Source: Chlamydiales bacterium (GTDB taxonomy: Bacteria; Chlamydiota; Chlamydiia; Chlamydiales; JBDQID01). From it: DNA of 16,735 nt. This document shows, piece by piece, positions 8,266-16,508 of this stretch. The notes below the pieces were generated by a model. It had not been told where the DNA came from. It searched no databases and saw nothing but the letters and a program-made list of their open reading frames with translations. A program made the translations under genes and the position numbers. Where the stretch lies: assembly GCA_047611865.1 (NCBI GenBank), contig JBLFWS010000061.1, positions 1 through 16,735 of the forward strand, written 5' to 3'. Numbering within the stretch: position 1 is the stretch's first letter; the number at the start of each line of letters is the position of its first letter.

Positions 8266-9947
8266 AAGAGTTCATACTCCTTCAAAATAGCGTTCATATA
8301 AGGAAAAAAGTCTTCAGGGCAGTTCATTTCTTTTCCATCTACTATTAGTGGCTGTTTGCGTTCGGAGTAAGATTTTCTTTCTTCATGAATGGCTTGAAGG
8401 AGGGTAGCCCATGAATAGGATGGCTCTGAGTTCAGAAGCTTCTCGTAGGTTTCGTAAATTTCTTTGAGCAGGTTTGTTAAAGGGCTATCCGGTAAATCGA
8501 GGAAGCCATACATTCCGTTAAAGTTTTTTCGGGCTTCCCATAAGATTTCCTTGAGATTGCCGCTTTGCCGTTTTTTGGAAAGGACTGAATGCGTGGCTTT
8601 TCGGAGGTTCTCAAAATCGTAGCTTTCTTTAAATGAGCTTGTTTGAAAGAAGTGGATTTCTGCTCCGTGGGATTGAAGAAGATATACCAGTTCCTGATGT
8701 TGCCTTTCTGCCAGACCTTTGTTTACTCTTCCGATATTGTTCTTCATGTAAGGGTCATTGACGTATACGACGTCAAATACCCCTCTTGGAGATTGAATAA
8801 TCTGGATTTTATTGTTTTTTGTTTCTTCAGGGCTAAAAATATCCTCTTCTAGTTCAAGAATGAGGCATTTAGCTCCTCCACCTGCTTTGTAGAATTCTGA
8901 CAGGTTGATAGGGATGACTTCTAAGCCTCTTGTTTCTAGCTGTGTTTTTAGGGAGTAACTAACCCGGTGGTCTATGATGAAAGATTTTCCAATACAAACG
9001 GAATTGCAGGAGAAATTTTCAGCATCCTCTTTTGAAATACTTAGGGCGTCGGGAAAGGTCCTTTTTAAAAGACTTTGAGTCTCTTCACTAAAAGCTTGGG
9101 GGTAATACATGATGGTTTCACCAATGATTCTCCCATTTCTAATAATAGGAATTTCCCTTAAAGCAGTATCTAAGTGGTAAAAGTCTTCGGTGATAATTTC
9201 AGCGGGGATGATGTTAACTTTTTCGAAGTCTTCACCCATGAGTTCATGCATTTTATCTGTAACCCACTCAATGCTTTCTTTGGATGTGCGTATGCCCCAT
9301 CCAAAAACGATGTCTACCATATGGCCGTGCTTGACATACTTAATTTCAGCGCTGGCCTCGAAAGAAAGGTGATTGGGAACTTCGATGATTTGGTATCCGT
9401 TTTCAAGAAACCATGAGCGGTTATATTTTATTTCTTCCAAGCGGGTATCGTGGCCGTGCTCTGATGAGTAGTTACCAAGAAAGACATAGGGTTTTTTATT
9501 CTTAACAGGGACTATGAAGCCCGACTCTGCCCTGAAAACAATATCTGGAACTTGGCGTGAAATGTATCGTTGATATCTTTCAGAAATACGTACGATGTGT
9601 TGGTAGATTTCTTCTGAGGAAAAGCTTGATCTTAAGAGTTCTTTTTTCCTTTCGGATACTTCGTTGATCAATGTATTAAATAAGGATTCGGGACATGGCT
9701 GAATATCGCCTTTGCTTTTTAGATACAGCATAATCGCTGGGCCTAATTCTGTAGCCTCATCGAGGATTTCCTCAAGTTTTATTCCGGGAGCTTCCCTTTT
9801 TTCAATTTCGCGTTCTTTGTCGATAGATTTTTGAAGCTTTATTACGGAAAAGTTTGGAGTGCGAGAAATTAAATTCAGGTATCTTGACATGATCGACTCT
9901 AAGGGGAAATGGCTGCGTATATCAGATTCTTGTGTAGATGTTAACAT
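8223..9947 (-). CDS. Amidinotransferase/DDAH/arginine dihydrolase-like protein with permuted domain order and extra N- and C-terminal regions
   Basis: Motifs VPDIVF, SFEASAE, FGWGIRT, FYHLDT, MYYPQAF, EDAENFSCNSV and SEFYKAGGGAKCL, followed by the normally N-terminal segment SPRGVFDVVYVNDPYM..GRVNKGLAERQHQEL...HGAEIH. Start placed at ATG 9947 (GGAG SD); the ORF track begins at 10010. Overlaps the ctlX-like gene by 43 bp at the 3' ends. Confidence 0.85.
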   Translation of the reverse strand: MLTSTQESDIRSHFPLESIMSRYLNLISRTPNFSVIKLQKSIDKEREIEKREAPGIKLEEILDEATELGPAIMLYLKSKGDIQPCPESLFNTLINEVSERKKELLRSSFSSEEIYQHIVRISERYQRYISRQVPDIVFRAESGFIVPVKNKKPYVFLGNYSSEHGHDTRLEEIKYNRSWFLENGYQIIEVPNHLSFEASAEIKYVKHGHMVDIVFGWGIRTSKESIEWVTDKMHELMGEDFEKVNIIPAEIITEDFYHLDTALREIPIIRNGRIIGETIMYYPQAFSEETQSLLKRTFPDALSISKEDAENFSCNSVCIGKSFIIDHRVSYSLKTQLETRGLEVIPINLSEFYKAGGGAKCLILELEEDIFSPEETKNNKIQIIQSPRGVFDVVYVNDPYMKNNIGRVNKGLAERQHQELVYLLQSHGAEIHFFQTSSFKESYDFENLRKATHSVLSKKRQSGNLKEILWEARKNFNGMYGFLDLPDSPLTNLLKEIYETYEKLLNSEPSYSWATLLQAIHEERKSYSERKQPLIVDGKEMNCPEDFFPYMNAILKEYELFYGENVMEQSWETA

Positions 9948-10150
9948 GCTTGGCTCCAGAGGAAATAGTTGGATTTGTTTCGGTATATTCAAAAAGAGAG
10001 GCAAACACAATTTAGTGATCCTTTCAATAGGATATTGCGTATTTTGAAAGTATTTGCAGAGCGTTTATGGGAGATGGATCTTTTCTAGATGCGTAAATAT
10101 TTGATTTTAATATAGATAAGTGGTAATTTAGACGTTTTTATTAAGACTAT

Positions 10151-10567
10151 GTGGCTAATGTCGTGGGTAAATCCTTAAGTAAAACAGCAGCACTTTTATC
10201 TTTTCTTCTATGCCTTCTATTGGCAAATGCTTCTTTTACTACCCCAGAGGTGACTAAGGAGTCGCAAAAGCATAGTGTTATTTCGACACCTAAAAATCAA
10301 ATTTCTTCTGTTATCCTTGAAAGCTCAGGTCACGAAGAGCTTTTCAACGGATGTGAGACCAAGCCTAAGAAAGGGAGGGCCCACAGGGGAAAGTGGCAAA
10401 GCTCTTTTCCAGATTTCGGGTCTGACGATCTTGCTAGAGAGCTAAATGCGGGATTCCCTAAGCCATTGTGTAATAAGGCTATTACGGACAACGCCAAGCA
10501 AATATTTGGAAAATTACATTACTGCGAAGAAATTCTTTCTTCCAGGTGTCATCCACCTACGAAGTAA
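10151..10567 (+). CDS. Hypothetical secreted protein
   Basis: 138-aa ORF with a GTG start and a signal-peptide-like N-terminus (KTAALLSFLLCLLLANA). Fills the intergenic gap. Confidence 0.55.
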   Translation: MANVVGKSLSKTAALLSFLLCLLLANASFTTPEVTKESQKHSVISTPKNQISSVILESSGHEELFNGCETKPKKGRAHRGKWQSSFPDFGSDDLARELNAGFPKPLCNKAITDNAKQIFGKLHYCEEILSSRCHPPTK

Positions 10568-10613
10568 ATTTTATTTATAACAATAAACTTTTAAATAAAA
10601 AATTACTAAGGAG

Positions 10614-11432
10614 TTGATGATGACAACGTTATCACCATCAGTTGTGGGTTCCTCAAGAGAAATAGGGGCCCCTGTTCAAATTGAGATGCAGGATATAGAG
10701 TCACAAGTACATGGGCCTATTTCCCAAAGAAGTCGATATTTCAAAGAGCTTGATCCCGTGGATTTCTTTTCCCACTTGCGTTCCGGAGGCTTGGATAGAC
10801 GCTTACCCATTTCAGAAGAAAATGACGATCTTCTTTCGAAGAGAAAATTTCTTCCTCAGGGTGGCTGGAGGAGGACCGGAGCTTTGTTATTCTGTGGTTC
10901 TTGTGTAGGTGGAGCCCTTTATGGTTCAGCTGCCGCGACATCATATGTGGGTCATACCGTGTTGAACTTTATTGCAGCAGGATCTTTGGCCTGCGGAGCC
11001 GAGGGTTTAAGTCACCTGATCAATAAACTTGATTCTGATAATAGTAATATCACTCAGGATGCGACGCATAAAATTCGAAAATTGTATGCTCATAATTCCT
11101 GTACTTTGTTGACAGTTGTTGTCTTTGCAAGGCGTACGCTGGAAGCTAGTGATTTGGCAAGATTTGAAAGAAGCCTTAGTGGACTCTCAGATGATGTTCG
11201 GACAAACTATGAGGTAATTGAAAGGCAGTTTCTAAAGCTTTTTCCCGGAAATCGTGATGTGGGAACATTTACGAAACCCTTAAGAGATACTATTGCTTAC
11301 TCAGAAAGCAGGATTAGGGATTTTCTAGAACATGATCAAGATCTATTAAATACCTTTCGTTTAGCAAGCATGCCCGGGGCTGATACTTTGACAAGGTCTG
11401 AAGAATCTCTCTTTAAGTACCTATTAGAGTAA
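10614..11432 (+). CDS. Hypothetical Inc-like protein (bilobed hydrophobic segment)
   Basis: Strong SD TAAGGAG. Hydrophilic Ser-rich N-terminus, then a ~45-aa Gly/Ala-rich double hydrophobic stretch, then a helical tail. The true start is probably ATG 10617 or 10620. Confidence 0.75.
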   Translation: MMMTTLSPSVVGSSREIGAPVQIEMQDIESQVHGPISQRSRYFKELDPVDFFSHLRSGGLDRRLPISEENDDLLSKRKFLPQGGWRRTGALLFCGSCVGGALYGSAAATSYVGHTVLNFIAAGSLACGAEGLSHLINKLDSDNSNITQDATHKIRKLYAHNSCTLLTVVVFARRTLEASDLARFERSLSGLSDDVRTNYEVIERQFLKLFPGNRDVGTFTKPLRDTIAYSESRIRDFLEHDQDLLNTFRLASMPGADTLTRSEESLFKYLLE

Positions 11433-11443
11433 TTGCCTAATGG

Positions 11444-11480
11444 AGAAAGTGTGGGTTTTCCCCACACTTTCTTTAATATT
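11444..11480 (+). terminator. Intrinsic terminator
   Basis: 12-bp stem agaaagtgtggg / cccacactttct with loop ttttc and a T/A-rich tail, beginning 12 nt after the stop at 11432. Confidence 0.75.
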
Positions 11481-11570
11481 TGATTTGTCACACGCATTCA
11501 TCTATCAAAAGTTTTGGAAAATATTATTCGAGCCCCTATAAGTTTCTCAGAGTCCAAAAGGAGCTTGTTC

Positions 11571-12386
11571 ATGCCTACAATGAATTCATTTTTTCACACG
11601 AGATTTCCTCAGATTTCCCATTTTCATGACCTTGGAGATAAAGCATTTTTTCCATACCATCATTTGTGTGGAAAGTATCTAGGAAGGAAAGTTGTGGTGG
11701 CTCGCAGAGAGGGGAGCAATATTTTTTTAGATTCTTTTGAGGGGTCTTCTCAAACGGCTTCTAAGATTTGTCAGCTTTCTCAAAAGGTTTTTGTTGTTTT
11801 GGCTTTTTTTCCAGGCTTGGTTTTTGGGATGATCCTGAAGCTACTTTCTTTTTCCAGTTTCGATGTTCGTCAGGCTTATCGGGATATTGAATCTGAATCT
11901 TTAGTGGAAGTAGAACCCTCTCAGAGTGATCGGGAGAAATACATCGATTTTCTTGTGGAGCTTAGAGTTGACAGGGAAGTTTCTCTTTTCAAAAAAAGGG
12001 CTGAGTTAAATGAACAGTATCTGATTGATTCAGAGCAGATTGAAGGAAGTTTTAGAGAAAGGCAGAGGCGATTGTCTAAAACAAAATCCAAGGCAAATAA
12101 AATAGAAGCATTGCGTGCAGATGGCGAACATGCCTTTGATGAAGTCGAACGTTTTGCAGGTTTAAGCATTTTACAACTGAGAACTCTTGGTGAGTGGAAA
12201 TGGTTTAAAAATGACTTAATATTCCGTCTGGAAAAAAGAATTTCTGGCTTATCGATACCGGAATATGCTCGGAAATTTCTAGATTCTGTAGCTTTAGATC
12301 ATGAACATTCTCAGAATCTTGAGCTTCTTAATTCTGAAATTTCATCAGGTTTTGAAACCTCATCATTTGTTCAAAAATTGATATAG
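11571..12386 (+). CDS. Hypothetical Inc-like protein with hydrophobic hairpin and coiled-coil tail
   Basis: ATG 11571 is preceded by AGGAG (the ORF track starts at TTG 11514). KVFVVLAFFPGLVFGMILKLLSF hydrophobic segment followed by a charged helical region. Confidence 0.75.
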   Translation: MPTMNSFFHTRFPQISHFHDLGDKAFFPYHHLCGKYLGRKVVVARREGSNIFLDSFEGSSQTASKICQLSQKVFVVLAFFPGLVFGMILKLLSFSSFDVRQAYRDIESESLVEVEPSQSDREKYIDFLVELRVDREVSLFKKRAELNEQYLIDSEQIEGSFRERQRRLSKTKSKANKIEALRADGEHAFDEVERFAGLSILQLRTLGEWKWFKNDLIFRLEKRISGLSIPEYARKFLDSVALDHEHSQNLELLNSEISSGFETSSFVQKLI

Positions 12387-12509
12387 TCTCCAATGAAGAT
12401 TTGAAATATTTCTAGAATATTCTTTCCAAATTTGATAAATAGGTCTCTCAGGTTTAAAATAATTTATAATGTATTTTTTACTGAACCAAGTTAGGGATGG
12501 GTAGATTTT

Positions 12510-14129
12510 ATGGAATTAGGTCGTGCGGATTCTGTTTTGGTTCACCGGGCTTTAGAAGTTAAATCAAGTCATGAGAGTGAGTTATTTTCCAAGGCAAACG
12601 TAATTGGTGTGGATGTCGGTTTTAAATACGTAAGTGGCGAAAGAACAAACGAAGTAGCTATCAGAATTTTTGTTAGCAAAAAAGAAGAAGTTGAAACTTC
12701 TAATTTTCTTCCAAGAAGCCTTGATGGAATCAAAACAGATGTGATTATGGAGGAGATGTTTGTTCCCATAACTCAGGTGCCTCAAGCGGACCAGGCGTTA
12801 CCTAACAGCAACAGGTATGACCCTTTAGTAGGGGGAATTAGTGTAGGACCTACCAGATCTATAAACAGAACCGTTTATACAGGTACTTTAGGAGCTATTG
12901 TGCAAAAAGCAGGGGAAATTTTTTCTCTCAGTAATTTCCATGTATACGGGGTGAATGATGGATGGTCTAAAGGGGACGAAATAGCTCAGCCGAGTCGTGT
13001 TGATGCAGGAAAGTGCCCAAGGGATAATATCGGAAAGATTGAAGATGCCTGTCTGGGAAATAAGCTTAGTGGAAAAGAGACTACTGTTGATGCTGCAATT
13101 GCCACAATAGAAAATAGACAAGCTTCTAACGAGAATGCCAGTATTTTAAATATTGGTGTGGTGAGGGGAAGTGCAGAGCCTGTCTTAGGTCAGATTGTCC
13201 GAAAGCAGGGAAGAACGACAGGGCTGACACATGGATTCGTTGATGGGCTCGGAGGGACTGTCAATGTTGATTATGGTGGAACGCTAGGAATGGTATGCTT
13301 CACAAACCAGATTCAGATTATGCCTGATACCTCAGAGAACTCTTCTTATATTAATGGAGGGGATTCAGGGTCAGTTTCCGTAAACGATAACAATGAGATA
13401 ATAGGTCTGAATTTTGCAAGGTCAAGGCAATCTGAAAGGGCTTCTGCAAATGTATTCTCTGATGTGAAAAGGGCATTGGGGGTGGATACACTTCCGGCAT
13501 GGAAAAGTATCGGAGGAGCATTATCACAAGTTTCTGCTGGGTCGGGAAGCCACGTTTGGGGGATTAACCCGGATGGAGAGCTTGTTCATCGTGAGAATGA
13601 TGCATGGACTATGGTAGAAGGGGCCCTTACTCTGGTGTCATCAGGTTCTGATGGAGCTGTCTGGGGGCTAGATGCAGAGGGTAGTGCATTCAAAAGGGAA
13701 GAAAATAACTGGGTGAAAATGGGTGGGCAGCTAAGTCAAATATCTGTTGGTTCTGAAAGTCACATTTGGGGAGTGAGTATTGAAGGTGACGTTTTCAAGC
13801 GAAACGAGGAAGAATGGGTACAAGTTGACGGCTCTTTAACTCAGGTGTCTGTTGGGTCTGATGGAAGTGTTTGGGGAGTGAATTCTTCGGGAGAGGTTTT
13901 CCGTAGGGATGATAGTGCCTGGACCCAAATCGAAGGTCAGGTATTGTCGCAAATTTCTGTTGGATCAGAGGGTAAGGTTTGGGGATTAACTGATGAAGGG
14001 GAAATTTTTAAGCGGGAAAGTGAAAGCTGGAAGAAGATGCCGGTATACCTTTCCTCTATTTCCGTTGCTTCTGACAACTCCGTTTGGGGGATAGGTCGGG
14101 AAAATAGAATTTGGGAAATTACGGGGTGA
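12510..14129 (+). CDS. Trypsin-like (Nal1-like) serine protease fused to a six-repeat tectonin beta-propeller
   Basis: Prodomain ANVIGVDVGFK...AIRIFVSKK; GGISVG and GTLG; triad SNFHV (H144), VDAA (D194), GDSGS (S286); KQGRTTGLT. The C-terminus has six ~35-aa repeats of L-x-Q-(V/I)-S-V-G...(V/I)WG...G-x-(V/I)F-x-R...W. Confidence 0.9.
   Translation: MELGRADSVLVHRALEVKSSHESELFSKANVIGVDVGFKYVSGERTNEVAIRIFVSKKEEVETSNFLPRSLDGIKTDVIMEEMFVPITQVPQADQALPNSNRYDPLVGGISVGPTRSINRTVYTGTLGAIVQKAGEIFSLSNFHVYGVNDGWSKGDEIAQPSRVDAGKCPRDNIGKIEDACLGNKLSGKETTVDAAIATIENRQASNENASILNIGVVRGSAEPVLGQIVRKQGRTTGLTHGFVDGLGGTVNVDYGGTLGMVCFTNQIQIMPDTSENSSYINGGDSGSVSVNDNNEIIGLNFARSRQSERASANVFSDVKRALGVDTLPAWKSIGGALSQVSAGSGSHVWGINPDGELVHRENDAWTMVEGALTLVSSGSDGAVWGLDAEGSAFKREENNWVKMGGQLSQISVGSESHIWGVSIEGDVFKRNEEEWVQVDGSLTQVSVGSDGSVWGVNSSGEVFRRDDSAWTQIEGQVLSQISVGSEGKVWGLTDEGEIFKRESESWKKMPVYLSSISVASDNSVWGIGRENRIWEITG
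13500..14120 (+). repeat. Six coding tandem tectonin-like repeats (~105 bp each)
   Basis: Repeat cores SHVWGINPDG, GAVWGLDAEG, SHIWGVSIEG, GSVWGVNSSG, GKVWGLTDEG, NSVWGIGREN. Confidence 0.88.
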
Positions 14130-14138
14130 TGATTAGAT

Positions 14139-14900
14139 TTACATGTAAATTTGGAGGCTACTAAGTAGTATCTTGATACATGTGATACAGGTGAGGGCTT
14201 GAACCAGTATACGAAAGCTTTTGCCAGGGATTTTGTCTAAAAAGGCAAATCCCAGGAGGCCTCCAATTAACATGGGAATGATGGCAAAAAGGCCGAGGTA
14301 GGCGGTATTTGGGGTAATGATCTCCGCTTGAATGTTTATGGGGATTTTGATGAGGTTCAAAATAAAGAAGAAAACGACCTGGGTGCTGGCAAATTCTCGT
14401 TTTTTGAGATTTTGAGTGAGAAGATAAGTAATCATGTACGAGGAAGCCATATTGGCAATCATTGTACTGTATCCAATTGATAAGCCTAAAACTTGTTGGA
14501 AAATAAAGTTTTTGCTTAGTCTTTGTATTTTTTCCATCCATAAATACATACACAGGTTGAAAAATAGAATAGACAGAACCATTAGGCAAATGAAAATTCT
14601 AAGTTGTAGTTCACTTATGTGGCTAATCGTAAGTACCCCTAAAGCGAGTCCAAGAGCTGTTGGAAGAGACAGGGCTTTGTAGAGTTTCCACTGGGTGTAG
14701 GGATAATACTTTATACAAGCGTGGATGCTAGCTAAGAGATAGATAGGAAGAAGTATTCCAATAGTGGTCTTTGCTGGAAAGGCGTCTACCATTAATGGAG
14801 TAATGAGTATTCCGAGTCCTGTGCTACTTGTCTTACTGAATCCAGCAAAGAATCCTGCTAGGATAAGGGTGAACCATTGATATTGACTGAGATCAGGCAT
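14139..14900 (-). CDS. Sulfite exporter TauE/SafE family membrane protein
   Basis: 253 aa with ~8 TM segments and motifs AGFFAGFSKT..GLG...PLM, GILLPIYL, GYSTMIAN and KREFAST...FFFILNLIKIP. Confidence 0.88.
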   Translation of the reverse strand: MPDLSQYQWFTLILAGFFAGFSKTSSTGLGILITPLMVDAFPAKTTIGILLPIYLLASIHACIKYYPYTQWKLYKALSLPTALGLALGVLTISHISELQLRIFICLMVLSILFFNLCMYLWMEKIQRLSKNFIFQQVLGLSIGYSTMIANMASSYMITYLLTQNLKKREFASTQVVFFFILNLIKIPINIQAEIITPNTAYLGLFAIIPMLIGGLLGFAFLDKIPGKSFRILVQALTCITCIKILLSSLQIYM

Positions 14901-15006
14901 AAAAAGAGTAAATATAAAGGGATAATACAGTTTTTAAAATGTTTTAAAATAGGGGGCCTATTATATGTAATTGTTATAAAATTTCGCAATTATTTTAATA
15001 ATTAGG

Positions 15007-15201
15007 CAGCAATTCCCGGTGTTTTTGACGTTGATAATAAAGGTGTTATAAATTAAAAAAGACACTCTAAAAAACCAAAAAGAGGTCACAATGGATTTTG
15101 AGGCATTTAAATAAAAATTTTTAAAACACCCCCTTTATCGAGAGAAAAGAGGGGGCTTTTTTAGCTTTTTCAAGGTCTAAAAATAACACCGGGAACTGCT
15201 G
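15007..15201. mobile_element. MITE copy 2, 195 bp
   Basis: Left TIR cagcaattcccggtgtt, right TIR aacaccgggaactgctg (1 mismatch). Flanks ataattagg (14998-15006) and ataattagc (15202-15210) form an 8/9 target duplication. The interior is highly similar to 6032-6252 apart from a ~26-bp indel. Confidence 0.92.
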
Positions 15202-15454
15202 ATAATTAGCATGCTTGCATCAACGGTATTTTATGAATTCCATGCTGAGTTTAAAGCTTTTGCATCGATTGACTTGATTGGGTTGGATTCTTAATAGATA
15301 TACTTTTGAAGTAATGGAATATCCAGTTTTCTTAGAGCAGAAAGACAAGGAATACCGGGGGTTTCCAGAAAAGATTAATAGGTGTAATGTTAGTGAAGAT
15401 ATTTAGACCCAGTCTAAAGGCTTAAAAGAGGTTTTTTCTTTTGGAGGGGAAAAG

Positions 15455-16105
15455 ATGGAATTCGATTTAAATGTAATATCGCTGATTCACCAACAAATTG
15501 ATGACGCTATAAATAGTGAAAAGCAGTCGGGAAATCTGGTGAAAATGTTATGTGGGTTTTCGAAAGACAAGGGTGAAGAGAAAAATCCGGAAGAGCTTGA
15601 GGAGATCCCCACTTTTATCGAAGATTATGTCAAACATTCTCCTATTTTGATGACTCTTATTCATAAAGAAGCTGAAAAATCTGGAGTTATTGAAGATGTT
15701 ATTCCGATTCTGGATGTCGCGTCGAAATACTTCCTTATTGAAACGGATGTAATACCTGACCATTTAGGCTTGGTAGGACTTTTAGACGATGCCTACTTCA
15801 CGAATCGTTTGATACAAGAAGTATCAGACAGATATAAAGAAAAGTCTGGTAAGGGTCTTATTCAAATCAATATGTCAAGTGCTAACAGCTTTGTTAGGAG
15901 GCTAATTGCTGAGCCACGAGCTTCTTTTCTTGATGAAATGGTTGACGAGGCTATCAATGGAACGAAGATAATGAATTGTCTGCAGGTGCTTGCATTAAAT
16001 TCTCCTGACTTTGGAAATCTCCCGGCCCCTTCCTGGAATGAAAAGAATATCAAGGATCTCGTTGATCTTAGTATGGTCAAGCTGGGTATTAGCAGCAAAG
16101 GATAG
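15455..16105 (+). CDS. YkvA/DUF1232-like family protein
   Basis: Signature YFLIETDVIPDHLGLVGLLDDAY; SD GGAGG upstream. Confidence 0.75.
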   Translation: MEFDLNVISLIHQQIDDAINSEKQSGNLVKMLCGFSKDKGEEKNPEELEEIPTFIEDYVKHSPILMTLIHKEAEKSGVIEDVIPILDVASKYFLIETDVIPDHLGLVGLLDDAYFTNRLIQEVSDRYKEKSGKGLIQINMSSANSFVRRLIAEPRASFLDEMVDEAINGTKIMNCLQVLALNSPDFGNLPAPSWNEKNIKDLVDLSMVKLGISSKG

Positions 16106-16109
16106 TCTT

Positions 16110-16281
16110 GAGTAGTACACGACTTAGGTCGTGTTTTCAAATTACGAAACGCTGCTTTTGGAGTCTTTTTTCATGTTTTTGAATCGCACCCAACTCACCT
16201 ACTTGTCTAAGTATGGGGAGTTGGATGCAATCCTCAAAATGCCCTCAAAATCAGGCATTCCCTAATTTGAAAACACTACTC
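16110..16281. repeat. Long imperfect palindromic element (MITE/RPE-like)
   Basis: gtgttttcaaatta (16131-16144) pairs perfectly with taatttgaaaacac (16263-16276). Inner stem gcacccaactcacctactt-gtct-aagtatggggagttggatgc (16186-16228). Outer gagtagt / actactc. Confidence 0.7.
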
Positions 16282-16508
16282 GCTTTTTCGGGTGCAACTT
16301 TAAGTGGTGGTGAATTTTTTTTTAAGTAAAAATGCATAGCGAGATTATTGCCCAAAGGAATCCAGGAAACCGTTCACGAGGAATAGGTTAAATCTTCATA
16401 AACGCCAGAGGCGTGGCATTATGTAGGCAGGGTCGAATCCGAGCGGAGCGAGAGACAGGGCCTGTAAAATGGATCTCGATACTACTGGAGCACCGGTCAG
16501 GTGCGGCA

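Noticed and set aside
13500..14120. Periodic repeats as a CRISPR array
   Set aside because: The repeats are degenerate at DNA level, in frame and conserved as protein (tectonin blades). There is no repeat-spacer pattern and no cas genes.
596..16140. The many 60-142 aa ORFs nested in or antisense to long genes
   Set aside because: They are shadow ORFs overlapping well-supported CDSs, with no motifs or convincing RBS.
16501..16508. Alternative intron start at the first GTGCG (16501)
   Set aside because: That GTGC forms the 3' arm of the exon hairpin. The spacing to the GGTGAGAGTCC stem and the candidate EBS1 pairing fit 16509 better.
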